64,000 bases of DNA, taken from assembly GCA_002189035.1 (NCBI GenBank), contig NEEC01000012.1, positions 2,914,001 through 2,978,000 on the forward strand. Reading direction: 5' to 3'. The notes under the pieces were generated by a model that saw nothing but the letters and a program-made list of their open reading frames with translations, ran no database searches and was not told the DNA's origin. A program made the translations under genes and the position numbers. Positions 23,408-36,800 of the stretch are shown here, piece by piece; positions within the stretch are counted from its first letter, which is position 1; every line of letters starts with the position of its first letter. The stretch comes from Utricularia gibba (lineage: Eukaryota; Plantae; Magnoliophyta).

Positions 23408-26400
23408 TCACGAGGGAGGTGCTTTGCTTCCCGCAGCAGGCTTCTGGAATGAGAAGTCATCCACGTTCACAGGCCGGTCGCCGCCGCCAGTCGAACTCGA
23501 GCCGGCCAGAGGACTAGATGGGTCCTCAATGTCAGAGACGCTGGACTCCTCATGTCCAAATCCCTCAGTCGAGTGTCCGGTGGTCTTGTAGCGGTGGAGG
23601 CGGCCACCGGATTCGTGAAACGACGAGCCGCCTACCGACGGCGTGGGACTCCCGAAATTCCGACCCGGTGACTTCCCTCCCTGGTCTTGCTTCTTCTTCG
23701 CTTCATGGTGCCATCTCATGAGCGCCTTGGATGTTTGTTCGTCAAAGATGGATTTCTTCATATGTGACCCCATCTGCATGTTGCGGAACACAAGCAGGTC
23801 TGAGCTCCGGGCTACCTTAAAAACAAGCGAGCAGCTCAAAGTGTATGTGTACCTGAGTCACCAAGGCATAGAGTGGAAGGGTAATGTAGCTGCATATGAA
23901 GAGCACTCCAATCCTGCATCAGCCAAAAGAATGTCACCCTCTCCGGGATATTACACAGAGTGAGTGTTAGTTAACAAGGGATACCCCAGGCAGATTTTGG
24001 TGATCAGGAGCGCGAAATTATCATGGAAGCAGGAGAAGAGGCCGTACTGATACTGCAAATGGGAAACACTTGAGGAGTTACAGAAGGATGGTGATGATGA
24101 TGGAACATTTTGCACAGGAATTAGAAGACGAGGAGGAGGTCAGTACCCAGATCCACAGAAAGTACGTCAGCTGAAATGCATTCTGGGAAGCGAGCAGAGG
24201 CAGTTAGTATGAAAACTCGCGCAGAATGAGTGGCTAATACAATGGAGATGGATGTTTCATACCTGAAACAATGCAAAGTGGATCAAATGAAGCACCAGAC
24301 GAGGCCGTCCGAACCAGAAGTACCCGTCTGAGCCTTGCACAAGAGGCATGCCTTGGACCACAGCATGTCTGTCCATGATCTCCAGCGCCATTTTTGTTAG
24401 AATGGATTGCAGTTCTGTTCCCACCGCCAATATTATCTGCCGGAAAATGGATCATTAGGGTCCGGCTTCTCAGTTTCTCCCTGCCTTTCAAGAGATGAAC
24501 TTACAACGGGGGAATCAGTGAGATCCAAAACAGTGCCTGCCACCCTGATACAAACCATGGGGAATATCAATGCGTGGTATTTCAGAGAGTTGTGATGGAA
24601 GAAAACAGATGAGCATCCAGCTCTCACCATTGATGTTTATCAGCAGGAACACCACAAAAGATGCCCACAAGACCGGACTGTTAAATGGAAACCAACAGTA
24701 AAAGGAAAAGAGTCAGAGGCTGGACCAACAACCGGAACATATTCCCAGGAAGAAGCTGCATGTACCTTACTCCAACGACAACCTTGAAGTCATCTTCCAA
24801 AGATCTTTTTATGTACTTCTGGAAGTCAAACTTGCTGCCAGGTGCCAAATGGACCTTTTGAGAAAGACATTGCTCTTTCTAAGCAAGAATCTTACTAAAA
24901 CTAACAACTGCAACATCAAAGAGAGAAACTCACAGCGATGAAGCCGTTTCGCAGTGTCATGTAATCAGATTTACCAACTGATCTAAAAAACTGTCTAAAG
25001 AAACAACCCTGCATGAAAATACAGGTTAAGGTAGTGTTAGAATATCCAAAAGAAGTGTGTTCCTGTAAGTTAATGAAACGCATGTTTGCCTCACAATGTA
25101 AAAGAACACTGGGATGCGAGTCCAAAAACTAGAGTGTGCTCTGACAAATGATGTCTCATGAGCAAGCCTAAACCTTGAAGGATCTGTTGATTAAAAGAAC
25201 AGTTGAGAAATGAGCGCATCAAATATATAATCTCCATTGCGCCCATCCAAGAAATTTGTTTTTAAGAAACATGGAATATGTACCATTTGAAAATTCATAG
25301 TCATGGGTTGAGGTCTCCTGTTCCCAGTGCCTCCAGCCTCTTATCTGCAGATGTACATCAGAGCAACAGGCAAGTGATGCTTCTAGATGACTAGTGCAGC
25401 AAAGCAGGTGAATAAACATTTCCCTTGGATTATTGGAGGACAACGAATAAATCACAAAAATGCAAACAAGTTAAAAGGTTTTCTCACCTTAAGCCGGCCC
25501 AGAAACATTGTAATGGCACTGTAAATCACATGGATGACAGCTAGAAAGAAAATAAGTATGTGTATCTGGTGAAGTCCATCCACTGATATAAGTGGCACAT
25601 GTCCCTAAACAAAACAATTCAGGCTTCGGTCATAATGGATCCATCCAGCAGCACTAGGAAGACTAAGATAACGAATAGAGAGCCAAGAGTGAAAGATGCC
25701 AATTTAAAATGTGAAAGAGATGTCACAAACTACCTCTTTGCATCCAGATGGTGCTGCCCCTGCCAAGTTTCTACGTTCATACCATAGAAGTCTACGGTGG
25801 TTACCCTCTTCCTTTTTTCCCTTTGCAGGAGTTGGACTACAAGGCAACATCGTGTTGCCAACTCGAACAGGTATGCATATATCCGCTATGTAATACTGGG
25901 AGAAGACAAGTATCAGCGAGATGAAGCCCAGTATCATCAACTCTGCCACATGAAAAAACAGTGGTGAGCAAAATTAGCCCTCTTAATTATCCAGTAAGTC
26001 TCAGGTAACGAACTCCCACCTGCTTTAATCTTCTCCAGAGCCTCATAAATAGCGCTCTTGTGCTTCTCAGTCAACCACTAAAAAATTGAGTAAGAAAACG
26101 GCCAATCCATTAGCTTTGATGCTTGGACAAAAAAACCGAATTGGGAAAAGTATAACATAGAATCCTCAAAAGCAAAAGAGGAATGAGCGGAAGCCAGCAA
26201 GCTCAAACAGCATCCAAACAAAAAGAAACTGTAAAGCAAATGAAAGGAATAAAAGGGTGTGATCTGATCTAAGCATTTCCATAACCATTTTACTACCGAT
26301 CCAAGCTTGTGCAGAACTTTTTCCAACGCAAGAGATATCAGAATGATAACAGCGCAAACTCCAGCCACAGCCCATGTGGGTGTCTGATCAAGTCCCCTCT

Positions 26401-26419
26401 CATCGCCGTACCCAGCCAT
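23408..26419 (-). CDS. MLO: MLO-like seven-transmembrane protein (MLO7/8/10-type clade)
   Basis: [90 protein letters not shown]. Confidence 0.95.
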
Positions 26420-27438
26420 ACCCAGAACCAAAACACACTTTCCTCCAACTTCAGAACCACCAATCTGCCTCCTGGGTAGCACTTGAATTTCAATGCAGAA
26501 TGTTTACACTAAACAATGAGGGGGTATCTGTTTCCACAGCCGTATTATCCAGATATGCACGAAGACTTTTCCACGCACAGTCACCATCCAGAACCTCAAG
26601 GTGATTACTGCGACACGAGCCCGGCTAATAGAAGCGACCCACGTCAGCAAAGCCTTGACACTTTCGCCGTGAATGAGCAAAACTCAGGTCTTGGAAACCT
26701 CAGATATCAATGTAAAATTTCACTCAACGCTGTTTCAAGATAGCGGTTTTGCAGCTGTAAAGCACGTAACGGGTTTCTTACACTTTCATTAAAAAAAATC
26801 AACTTATATTAATGTAAAAATAAATTCAATACAATTTTAAATAAATAGTTGATTCGGTCTCAACTCCATGTTTAGGGTTGACCCCCTTAGCTTTCCGTAC
26901 ACGTAATTATTGATATAACCAAATTGCACATAAAATTACAAGAGCATGTATATTATATTAATATTAAATTATTAGCACATTTTGGGTCATTAATGTCAAT
27001 GGCATTCTCATCTTAATTATTTTAAAATATAAATAATTAAGAATATATGAGGGTTGCATTAATAATTTTAATGTTTTAACAAATATATTCACGTTAATTA
27101 CAGATGAGATAGATATTATATTTAAATAGATATATTCTATATTTTACGAATTTTTTTTCAATACTTAATTAAATATATATTAGAAGAAATATTTGAGATA
27201 TCCTTCATTTTTTTAAAAAATGATAATATTTATTATTAATTTTTATATTAATGAGTACGCACAGACGTTTTTAAATGATCATTTTGAAAAACACGCACAT
27301 AACCCGCAGCCGCAAGTCCCAGTCAAGATCCAATTTAACAAGGAAGATGATTATTGATCGCCCCACAGCTCGACGTGGATCCATCCTCCCTGGTCGCAGC
27401 ACCGACGGGGAAGATCGACGGATGAAGCTCCTCCGCGT

Positions 27439-28810
27439 TCACACTGCCGGATGCCGGCGGAGATTCAGGCGAGCGATGTACGGATGCGCTATGGTTCCCC
27501 AGTAGAGATGATCCCCGATCTTGATAGAACTTGTGATCAAATAAGCGTCAGGATCATGGTAGTACTCGTCTGGCTTTCCGTCCAGATCAACGCTTATGAC
27601 GCCTCCACCTTTCGTAATTGCAGCCCATGCTCCGTTTTTGAACACAATCCCAGCAATCTTCCTCAGAACGGGATACTTTTGCATCAAGAACCACCGGTTA
27701 TCGGCTTTCTGTACATAGCAGGAGCGAGGTTTAGTTCGAGGGGTGGGGATTGTGGGAAGAAGAGGTCGCCCCTTTGTGTTACTTACCAAGTTCAGTGCGA
27801 TCCAGTAGTGCCCTTCTCCGTCGTACCGTATGTTGTCCGGCAGCCCCGGCAGTCCGTCGATGAAGACATCGACAGATCCCTTTCTCGGGCCTTTAATGTA
27901 GTACCTCTTGCACCTCACCCTGAACATGCAGCAACACCATCGAGTCAAGCCAAGGAAACATCTGGGATCCGCCGGAGGACACATGCTTGCTTACATTGCA
28001 GTTTCACAGAAGATAACGAAAGTCCCATCTGCAGATACAGCAACACCATTCGCAAAGTGAAGGTCCTTAACAAGGACTTTAGTTTCTTTTGTTGTTGGAT
28101 TGTAACTCATGAACCTCCCATTAGGCCTGCCTTCCAGGAAATCTGCATCAGCCTCATTCAAAGAGTAAGCATATGAAGCATCTGTGAAGTACACAGTTCC
28201 ATCAGGTCCAATATCAAGAGCATCAGTCAGTTTGAACTTTACACCCTCGGCTTCATCTGTCAATACTGTGATCACACCATCTTTAGTGATGTTCAGTAGC
28301 CCCTGAACTCCAGTTAACCAGCAAGAGTTTAGTTACAGGTCAAAATTGAATTGAAGGTCTGTTGAAGAAGCTTCCTGATTAATTAGACCCCACTAGTTGA
28401 ATTTTGGATTTAGAACAAAGCGCATACACACATACCTTGAAAGCATCCGCCACTAGAAGTTCACCGGCGGAGCCATGTGCGATCCCGAGGGGCCGGCCAC
28501 CGGTGTTGACCCACTTCTCCACGGCGGCAGAATCGTTGAGAGTGACGCGGCTTATCCACCCATCCTCACAACCCGTGTACATAACTCCGGTTTTTGGGTC
28601 ATAAGCAACATCCTCCGGCCCCCGAAGTATCCCTTCTCCGATTTTCTCGACTCCGTCGAGCATCCGATTGTTCTGTTTCGGAAACAGCACTTGTCGCCTC
28701 ACCTCCTGAACCGGATACGGAACTGGGTTGAGTTTGTCGAGCCTGTACACCACAACAGCCGCGAGTACCGGCAAAAGGGAGACGAGAAAAAGGAAGAAAG
28801 GCCTCCCCAT
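27439..28810 (-). CDS. SSL: Strictosidine synthase-like (SSL) beta-propeller protein
   Basis: Four exons: [54 protein letters not shown]. The start may extend to the ATG at 28932. Confidence 0.92.
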
Positions 28811-30157
28811 CGGCAATGGAATTCAAGCTCAGGCCAGAGTTGCTTCTCGAAGTTCGGATACAAATGAGGATTTTTTATCTGGTCAGAAAAGCTCATTAAC
28901 ACCCACCTTTCGGACAGTTTGGACTTGGCCATTCCATTAATCACCGCTTCAAGAATTATGGGATTTATTTAAATAATTATTTTGATAATTAATTAAAAAT
29001 TATATTATTTATTTTTATACATTTTATAATATATATATATATTTGTATATCTTATATCGTATAAAACTATATCATATATAATTTAATATATCAAACTCTA
29101 TAACATAATTTTGTTATATCTCGTAAAACAGTTTTTATAAAAAAAATTTAATTAATTTTATTCTATGAAATTTGAAATATAGATTAAAAAAACAAAACAT
29201 TATTTGCATTCGATTTCTGATTAAAATTCAGCGAATGATAAATTATTTAAAGATATATTTGTGTTTGATAGCATTCTTTTTCATATTCAGAATCTAAATG
29301 ATGACATGTTTCTAATTAGACAATGATCTTTTTTATATGTGAACAACAAGTTGGAAAAAAGTCATTTTTAAATAATTTAATTTAATATTAATTTTATTAT
29401 GTTAAAATATTTCAGAATTTTATCGGATTTAATTTTATTATATTATTTTATACGTCTATTTTGCAAAAAAAAATTTGAAAAGCCTTATATCCGTGCACTT
29501 TTGTAAAAAGAATAAAATTTAATTGATTTAGTATATTTAAAAAAAAATTATTTAGTATTTATTTGATATAATGTTTTAATTTATACTATACTAAATATGT
29601 ATGAGATTAATTTACATAAAAATGAGCAGTTTATTAGAATATTTATATTTAAATAAATAAATAAAATTATTTAGAAAATATTAATCTCATGTCATCATGT
29701 AAATATTTATTTTTATTATGAAAAATATGAAATAACTATACATTATTTTTCCATAATATTATAAAAAATTAATTATCTATGGTGACAAAGAATTGAGGTT
29801 CAGCCGTGCAATAAATTTCCGTAGCATTATGTTGGGTAGCCCAAAAGGGGTATACTAAATTACTAAAGTACCCTCCACATCTCCATCGCATCCAATTCAT
29901 ATGGATTTGTTTATTATACACCTACGCCATGAACTGGCATCCCGGGGGTAAGACCGTCATTTCATCAGCCCTCATTTGGTCATTACACCTCCACCCAATT
30001 TGGAACCCCCGTCGTTCCGGATCTCGCCACGTGTCCCTACTGCTGCCAGTTCTGTATCCAACGGCGGTCCGTCCCTTGGAAAGAAACACAGCCAAGACGC
30101 AAAGATGCAGGAGCTTAAGGCGGTAGGCCTTCCAGCCAATGAGAGCGCTCCGATGGG

Positions 30158-30180
30158 TTTCGCGCGGATCGATGACGTGG
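30158..30180 (+). promoter_or_regulatory. Plant histone-type type I element (octamer plus hexamer) overlapping an E2F-like site
   Basis: CGCGGATCGATGACGTGG (30163-30180) is the exact reverse complement of CCACGTCANCGATCCGCG. TTTCGCGC at 30158-30165 fits TTTSSCGS. A CCAAT lies just upstream. Confidence 0.8.
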
Positions 30181-30452
30181 AAGTAACAATTCGATATCCC
30201 GCCGAAACCCGGACTTCAATTTGCTTTGCGATCGATTTGAGAGATATTTTGACGCTCTTTCCTTTGAGACCCCTTATCCCTCCTTCCCTTTCACACATAC
30301 AGCGGGCTCATAAAGAGGAGAAGAATATCGTTCCAAGCTTCATCCTCATCTTCTCTACGCAAGCGTTGTTCGGTGAGTTTCCACCTCCGCGTTACGGTAA
30401 TCTCCAAATTCTGCCGGATTTGACCGTGTTTTTTTGGTTTTTTAGGTGAGCC

Positions 30453-31394
30453 ATGAAAGGAGGGAAATCCAAGGCTGCAGAGACGAAGAAGTCGGATACG
30501 AAGTGCGTTCGTGTTTATTTATGCGTGGATCTGTAGTTTCGCTGGTTTAGTTTTTTTAATCTGATGTATTTTTTGGATTCTAGACTGTCGGTGAAGCGAG
30601 GCGCGTCGGCGGCAGCCGGTAAAAAGCCGGTGAAGAAGGGAAAGCCTGCGAAGGATCCGAACAAACCGAAGAGGCCTGCTAGTGCCTTTTTCGTTTTCAT
30701 GTATTTACCTCGTCTAGATTTCTTGAATTATTCGTTTTCATTTTTCGATATACAGGTTGACTTTAGATCTGCGAATTCCCCTTTTTCAGGGAAGAGTTCA
30801 GGGTTCAGTACAAAGAGAAGCACCCTAACAACAAATCTGTTGCTGCTGTAAGAAATTTCTTCGTGTTCATTGAGTTTTACATGTTCATATTGTTCATGAT
30901 CAAGGATTGTTTATCCAGGTTGGTAAAGCTGGTGGCGACAAATGGAAATCCTTGTCCGACGCCGTACGCTTTCATTTTCCTTTATTCAGTGCTGTTCTAC
31001 GAAATCTCCTGCCCGGTGTTCGTCAATTTAACGTTGCTTCCCTTGTTTCCTGTAATTCCAGGAGAAGGCACCGTACATAGCCAAAGCTGAAAAAAGGAAG
31101 ACCGAGTACGAAAAAAATCTTCAAGCCTACAACAAGAAAATTGTACGTCTCCACCAAAATTTCTCTCCACTTTCACATAATAAGTTTGTTCTTACTTCTC
31201 CTCCTACATCAGAGCGACGGCGCTGCTGACGAGGAATCCGACAAGTCAAAATCCGAAGTCCACGACGAAGATGAGGACGATGAAGCTGATGACGGCGAGG
31301 TAACAATCCTCTTCTTACTCGTTAAATACCCTCTCTTTTCATCACAATTAAAATCGTTGTACAAAAAATGCAGGACGACGACGATGACGAGTAA
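30453..31394 (+). CDS. HMGB: HMGB (HMG1/2-like) chromatin protein
   Basis: MKGGKSK, KDPNKPKRPASAFFVFM|EEFR, VGKAGGDKWKSLS, EKAPYIAKAEKRKTEY and an acidic tail; 7 coding exons. Confidence 0.95.
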
Positions 31395-32230
31395 GCGGAG
31401 CTGGCTGAAGATGTATAGACTACCCATCGAAGTGAACCGGCGACCTGTTTGCCGGTGGGGTGTGGGTACCGAGTAGTCTCTTCTTATGTTTATGCACTTT
31501 TTTCATTCAGTAGGCGTAACGGGGGGAAGGGTAAGGATCCGGGGACGGCGGGGTGGATGACGGCGACGGAAGTTTGCATCACTGTATTAGGCTTTGCGTT
31601 TTGGATGGCTTGCGGGTTACATGATCATTTAGAAACCATGTGATGGATGTTCTGTGCGCACGCCTCCTTTGTGTTGCAAGTTAGTTTGATTCCTTAATAA
31701 AAACAAAACGTCTTCCAGAAAAAAAGGTTTAATTTATTGTTCACGGGAAGTCCTTTACAAATGTGGTTGTGATTGGGGAAATTGAAAGCCCTAGAAAGTG
31801 GAATAATTTTTTAGAATAATTCCTTAATAAACTGAGTTACTGGGATAATTAAATTATTCAAATTAATTAATTTAATGTGGAAAGTAAATTTTAGTTTCAA
31901 ATAGTCAAAATGTTTTGGATTTGTCACTTAATTGATTTATTGTAAAATGTATTTTTAGAGTCTACTTTTAATATATATTTTCTTTTGGTTGCAATTTATT
32001 GTCATTGTGAGTAAAGCCCATCATTTCTGGTGGGCCCCTGGGCCGATGAATCCAGTGTGCATTGGCTGACATATACGCCGTCGTTTCATTAATATTATCT
32101 TCTCTCCACGCTGAGGAAATTGTGGGTGTCTTCATCGAAATAAGGGTTTCGATTCAATTTCTGCGTCTTTCGACTCTCGATTTTGATCCTTCGCATCGTG
32201 CACTCGCAGAAGACGCGTGGAGGCGCAGCC

Positions 32231-33494
32231 ATGTACGGGCTTAGAGGGTACGGTTACGCTATTCTGGTTGCTTTTTTTAGTTTCTTGCTATTGCGATTTG
32301 TTTCCTCTGCGTGCTTTCGTTCTTTTGGAATTGGGAGCCCTACGTATACTAATGAAGGATATAATTTCTTGAATTTGTTTCGACTGAAAGCTGTTTTCAT
32401 TTCAAATGCGAAGACGAATTGGAACCACGTGATATTAAAATCTTTCCTAGATCTCTGCCTGCGTTGCAGCGAATCTTGTTTGTTTGGTCTCCTGGAATAA
32501 AATTGAGAGGATTTGGGTTATTCGTTTTGTTTTAAGTACGGACTTAAAGTTTTTTCACTACCGATGTAGTTTAAAGTTTTAATGATATGTATCGGAGATT
32601 CTGTCTCGGTTGAGGAGAATTGGGTGTCTAGATGTAATGGTAATAAGAAAAATAGTTGGGATTTGTTTTATTAACGAGGTTGAGTTGGGGACTTTTGGGT
32701 TTGGACAATTGAAGGTCATTGTTTGGGAGCGGGGGGTTTCGGATGGGTACGAGATCGGCTCAAAGAGACCAAGATTGATGGAATCAAATCCCTACTTCGC
32801 AGTGACAAGCAGCCCAAGAGTTTATCAGCCACAATATGGCAGGAGGTACCAACCTTCTGCCTATCCGGTGGTTCGTCTGAGGGGTCTGCCTTTCAACTGC
32901 AGTGATGTTGATGTTTACAAGTTCTTCGCTGGGCTCGATATTGTGGATGTCTTCTTGGTGAACAAGGATGGAAAGTTCTCCGGAGAAGGCTTTGTTGTCT
33001 TTGCAGGGCAAATGCAGGCCGACCTTGCCCTCCAGAGAGATCGCCAGAACATGGGAAGGAGGTATGTTGAAGTATTTAGGTGCACTAAGCAGGAGTATTA
33101 CAACGCCATTGCAGCAGAGGTGAACAAGGGAGGAACTTATGGCGGCACCACCTCCCATCGTGGATTCTCTCCTGCAAATCGACGCAAGAGGTCACCAGAT
33201 AAGGATTCAGTGGTGTACAGTGAAATCCTGAAGCTACGTGGGTTGCCATACTCCGTCAGGAAATCAGACATTCTGAAATTCTTCGAGGACTTCAATGTCA
33301 CAGAAGATAGGATACAAATCACAAGCAGGTCAGACGGCCGAGCCACCGGGGAGGCGTTTGTGGAGTTTGTGACACCGGAGGAAGCTAAGAAAGCCATGTC
33401 AAAGGACAGGTCGCTGATTGGATCCAGGTACGTGGAACTCTTTCCTTCTACCCTTGAAGAAGCCAGACAAGCTGCGTCAAGGTCTCGGCAGTAA
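32231..33494 (+). CDS. hnRNP F/H-like RNA-binding protein (two quasi-RRMs), one apparent frameshift
   Basis: Exon 32231-32247 (MYGLRG) plus 32715-33494. VVRLRGLPF, GRRYVEVF, LKLRGLPY, GSRYVELF. Joining requires G7 instead of G6 at 32731-32736 (FGSGGVSDGYEIGSKR). Confidence 0.9.
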
Positions 33495-33876
33495 AACAAA
33501 CAAGATGGTCTTTGTTCTAAACTTACAAATGTATTAGTAGTGCGCCGGGGGCCACGTGTTATGAGAATCTTAGTCTGAATATCATGTATTTTGGGAGGCT
33601 TTAATCCTCTCACTTTCGTGAAACCCATTTTCTTGTCATCCGAAAAGGCGCAGACATCGAACAGTTGAATCATGTTTACACAAGAAGTATAATGTAAATG
33701 TTTTACCAATCGAAAGAACACGCATATTAAATAGGCATTGTTTTTGATATGTGTTTAAAGACATATCGAACAGGATCTGAATTGTTAATATTTCACCCCT
33801 GTGGATGAGTTTGTAAATTGCGTGTTAAACAAGAGGAATGGGATAGCAGAGGGTGCCCCCCGCGAGAAGAAGCGGA

Positions 33877-36800
33877 CTAACGATGAGCAGCAGGCTGGTG
33901 AAGGCGAGGGCGGTTGCAGAAGGCACGGCCATTGGACTTGACGAATGCTGCTGTGGCAACACTCATGCCTCCCCACATGACAGAATAGAGTAAATTCCAC
34001 CAGTCATCCCCAACTGCGCAACACCACACAGTGAGAATGGGTGGTTGATGCTGAAAGTCAAGTGACGCATACCTCGCGTGAGAGAGGACGTTGCAAAGAA
34101 GAAGCCAACAATGACGAGGAAGACAGCAAGAGGGAACGGCTGCATTCATGAAATATGATCAGTATTTTAACCATATTGAGTGTCTTAACGACCAGATCTT
34201 CACTATATATCTGATACTGTATAATGCTTCGAAACTGAAACTACTGAAGCACTCACCACCATGGTTTCAATTCCACCTCTTTGCGTGGGAGGAGTGATGC
34301 TTCGTGAAACAGAAACAATATAATGCCCTTGCACTAGATCAATAGCATCCTAAAAATAATACACAGACACTTTCTTTAACAGATCAAGCACATATTTTAA
34401 TTTGTACTATACTAAAATGAGTATGCATTTGTAGCTGGATACATTAATATTCAATTGTTAGGACATGAAACATACTAACCTGTTTTGTGCCATCACAGAA
34501 GTTGTTAAAGTAATATCGCATAAGAGAATTTCTGAAATCATTGAGAATCCCTTGGACTGTCCTTTGACCAAATCTATCATTCAAGCAAAACAGAAATTAC
34601 GAAGCCACAGAATCTGATGCCCAGCCCCAATGGTAAAGAAATCAATAACATGATGTGAAAGCTTTGGAGAGAATCAGATGATTTTAACAAACGAATCTGC
34701 AACTTGGATAGATGTTATCCACTGTAGGAATATTGTCAATTACAAACTACAAAGTACCTGACAAAATCTCCTTTTAAAGCAGGGGTGCCTGAGTACTGGA
34801 TGCTTATGTCGTCACCATGGTTGGCCCATACTGAAAATAAAGTTAAAGACATGGAACTATTTGAATGAAAAAATAACAGAAATGATTGCATAGTGTAAAA
34901 AGATGTTTTGAAGGGATTGATTAGCATATGCAATGTGTGAGCTGAAAATGCTACTCACAAATCTTAAATCGTTCATCAAAATTTGAATGTTTGCTGATAG
35001 TTTCCTCAGCATCAAAAACACCAAGCCTTCGAAGTTGAAACTCCAACATCTTACGGGCAATCATGCTCTAGGAGAAAAAGTAACAAAGGAAACATGAGAA
35101 CAAAGTTTGCTGAAAGTACCAGCATTTTGATTTCTTTCATATTCTCCTGGCCTGAGTTTTTTAAAAAAGGTACTACTCAAATAACTTCAGTTTATTGACA
35201 TTGGTCGTGATACTTTGATAAGATTGTCTTACCTGAGTGACATTTGTTCTGTCCAAACAATCAATGCAATTAGTCCTGACAATTCCTATCTGAGACTCAA
35301 CTTTCTCTCCCTTCTCATTTAGCAAAAGGTACCTAGTAAACAGTAAGAAAGAAAAGAGTAACGCGCAGCATGTTAAATTTGAAGCAATGAATAGGGATAA
35401 GTACTATTTAAATTAACTTATCAACTGACGCTCCATTAGGACATGACTAGAAAGAAATGCTGCAGAAAGATTACGACACTGATCCCAAAATTACTTTTAT
35501 ACCAAGCCACATCCCTCGCTACAGATACAATCATGGTAAGTGCTTATTCCAAGCAGACACAACGCTGTGGATAATCATAAATAATATTGCATCATAAAAC
35601 CTAACAAGACACGAAAAGTAAGTGAAGAAAACCTAATTGACTAGAGACAAGTACGGCGATCAAGATAGCCATACAGGCTCTTTCTGAGGGAAATATACCT
35701 GCTTTTAATAAGATAATCTTCAATTTGCTCATACAGAATCGAAAGACGCTCAAAATGAACGTGGCCACATACTGCATGAAAATCGAAGTGCAGATATCTG
35801 CAAAAGTGTTACACCTTTAAGATCAGACAGATTGCTTCATGTAAAAGACAACAAAAAAAGATATTCTAGAATAAAATCAACCTCACATCATCACTGGATA
35901 TGGAAGCCATTGAACCACCGAACTTCTCACACAAACGCCCCTCACCTCCATGCTGACAAAAAATTTAAAGAATAGCCGGAGGAATGAATTAGTAACCAGA
36001 AAATCAACATAAAATTTGTGTACGTATGAGACATGGACTATATTCCCAACAAGCAAGCAAGCGAAAAAAAGAAAACAAAAAACCCAGACTTTGACCTAAA
36101 TTAGCTATGATTGTGTTATTTAGTGCAAACAAAAAAAAAAAAACTCAAATTTAGCAGATGATAGAGTTTCACATTATTATAAAGCTAGATATACAAGGAT
36201 TTGACTGTTCCATTAACTCACCAATTACTAAGTCTGCACAATCGAGGAGTACATTTGGTTGGTAATTGGAACCACTTTTAAATTTAGGCTAATTCTGTGG
36301 GATGATACCTATAATATAGTTGAGTAGACCCATTTACCTTGTTTACAAGATCAACTGCAAGAACATTTCCATATTTTTTCCTCAGATCCAAGAAGTGTCG
36401 CTCAACCACTCTTTGCTGAATCAAGTCAATTTGCATACCATAAAGGCTAAGAAAAAAGCTATGACTTGTGACTTTAGCACAGAACAAGAACAAAGGGGAA
36501 AAAAAAAAAACTGCTCACCGCTTCACCAGGGTTCACAATTTCAAACATTGGCTTATACGTCAAATCAACAATTTGATCCCACAAAAGGGTATGGATCCCC
36601 TAACCTGCAAATGAAAAGCACCCAAAAAATGAATTTTGAATGACAGAATAGTTATTATATATTTGATCATCATGGAACATCAGTATCTTTTTACAATGTA
36701 CACCTGGACAAAAGAAGCAGTGTGCCCATTCATCTGTATGATTTGTTCAGTTTCGACAAAATTTGCAACAAACCCATCGGGATCAGCTCCTCTTCTCCAC

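Noticed and set aside
27451-28176. 241-aa plus-strand ORF antisense to the SSL gene
   Set aside because: A shadow ORF with no motif; the minus strand is fully explained by SSL exons.
28950-29800. Very AT-rich spacer with a short inverted repeat (atgagattaat/attaatctcat)
   Set aside because: No terminal inverted repeats or target duplication; short matches are expected at this AT content.
29976-30449. 157-aa ORF upstream of HMGB
   Set aside because: Non-ATG start; it spans the promoter elements, 5' UTR and leader intron of HMGB.
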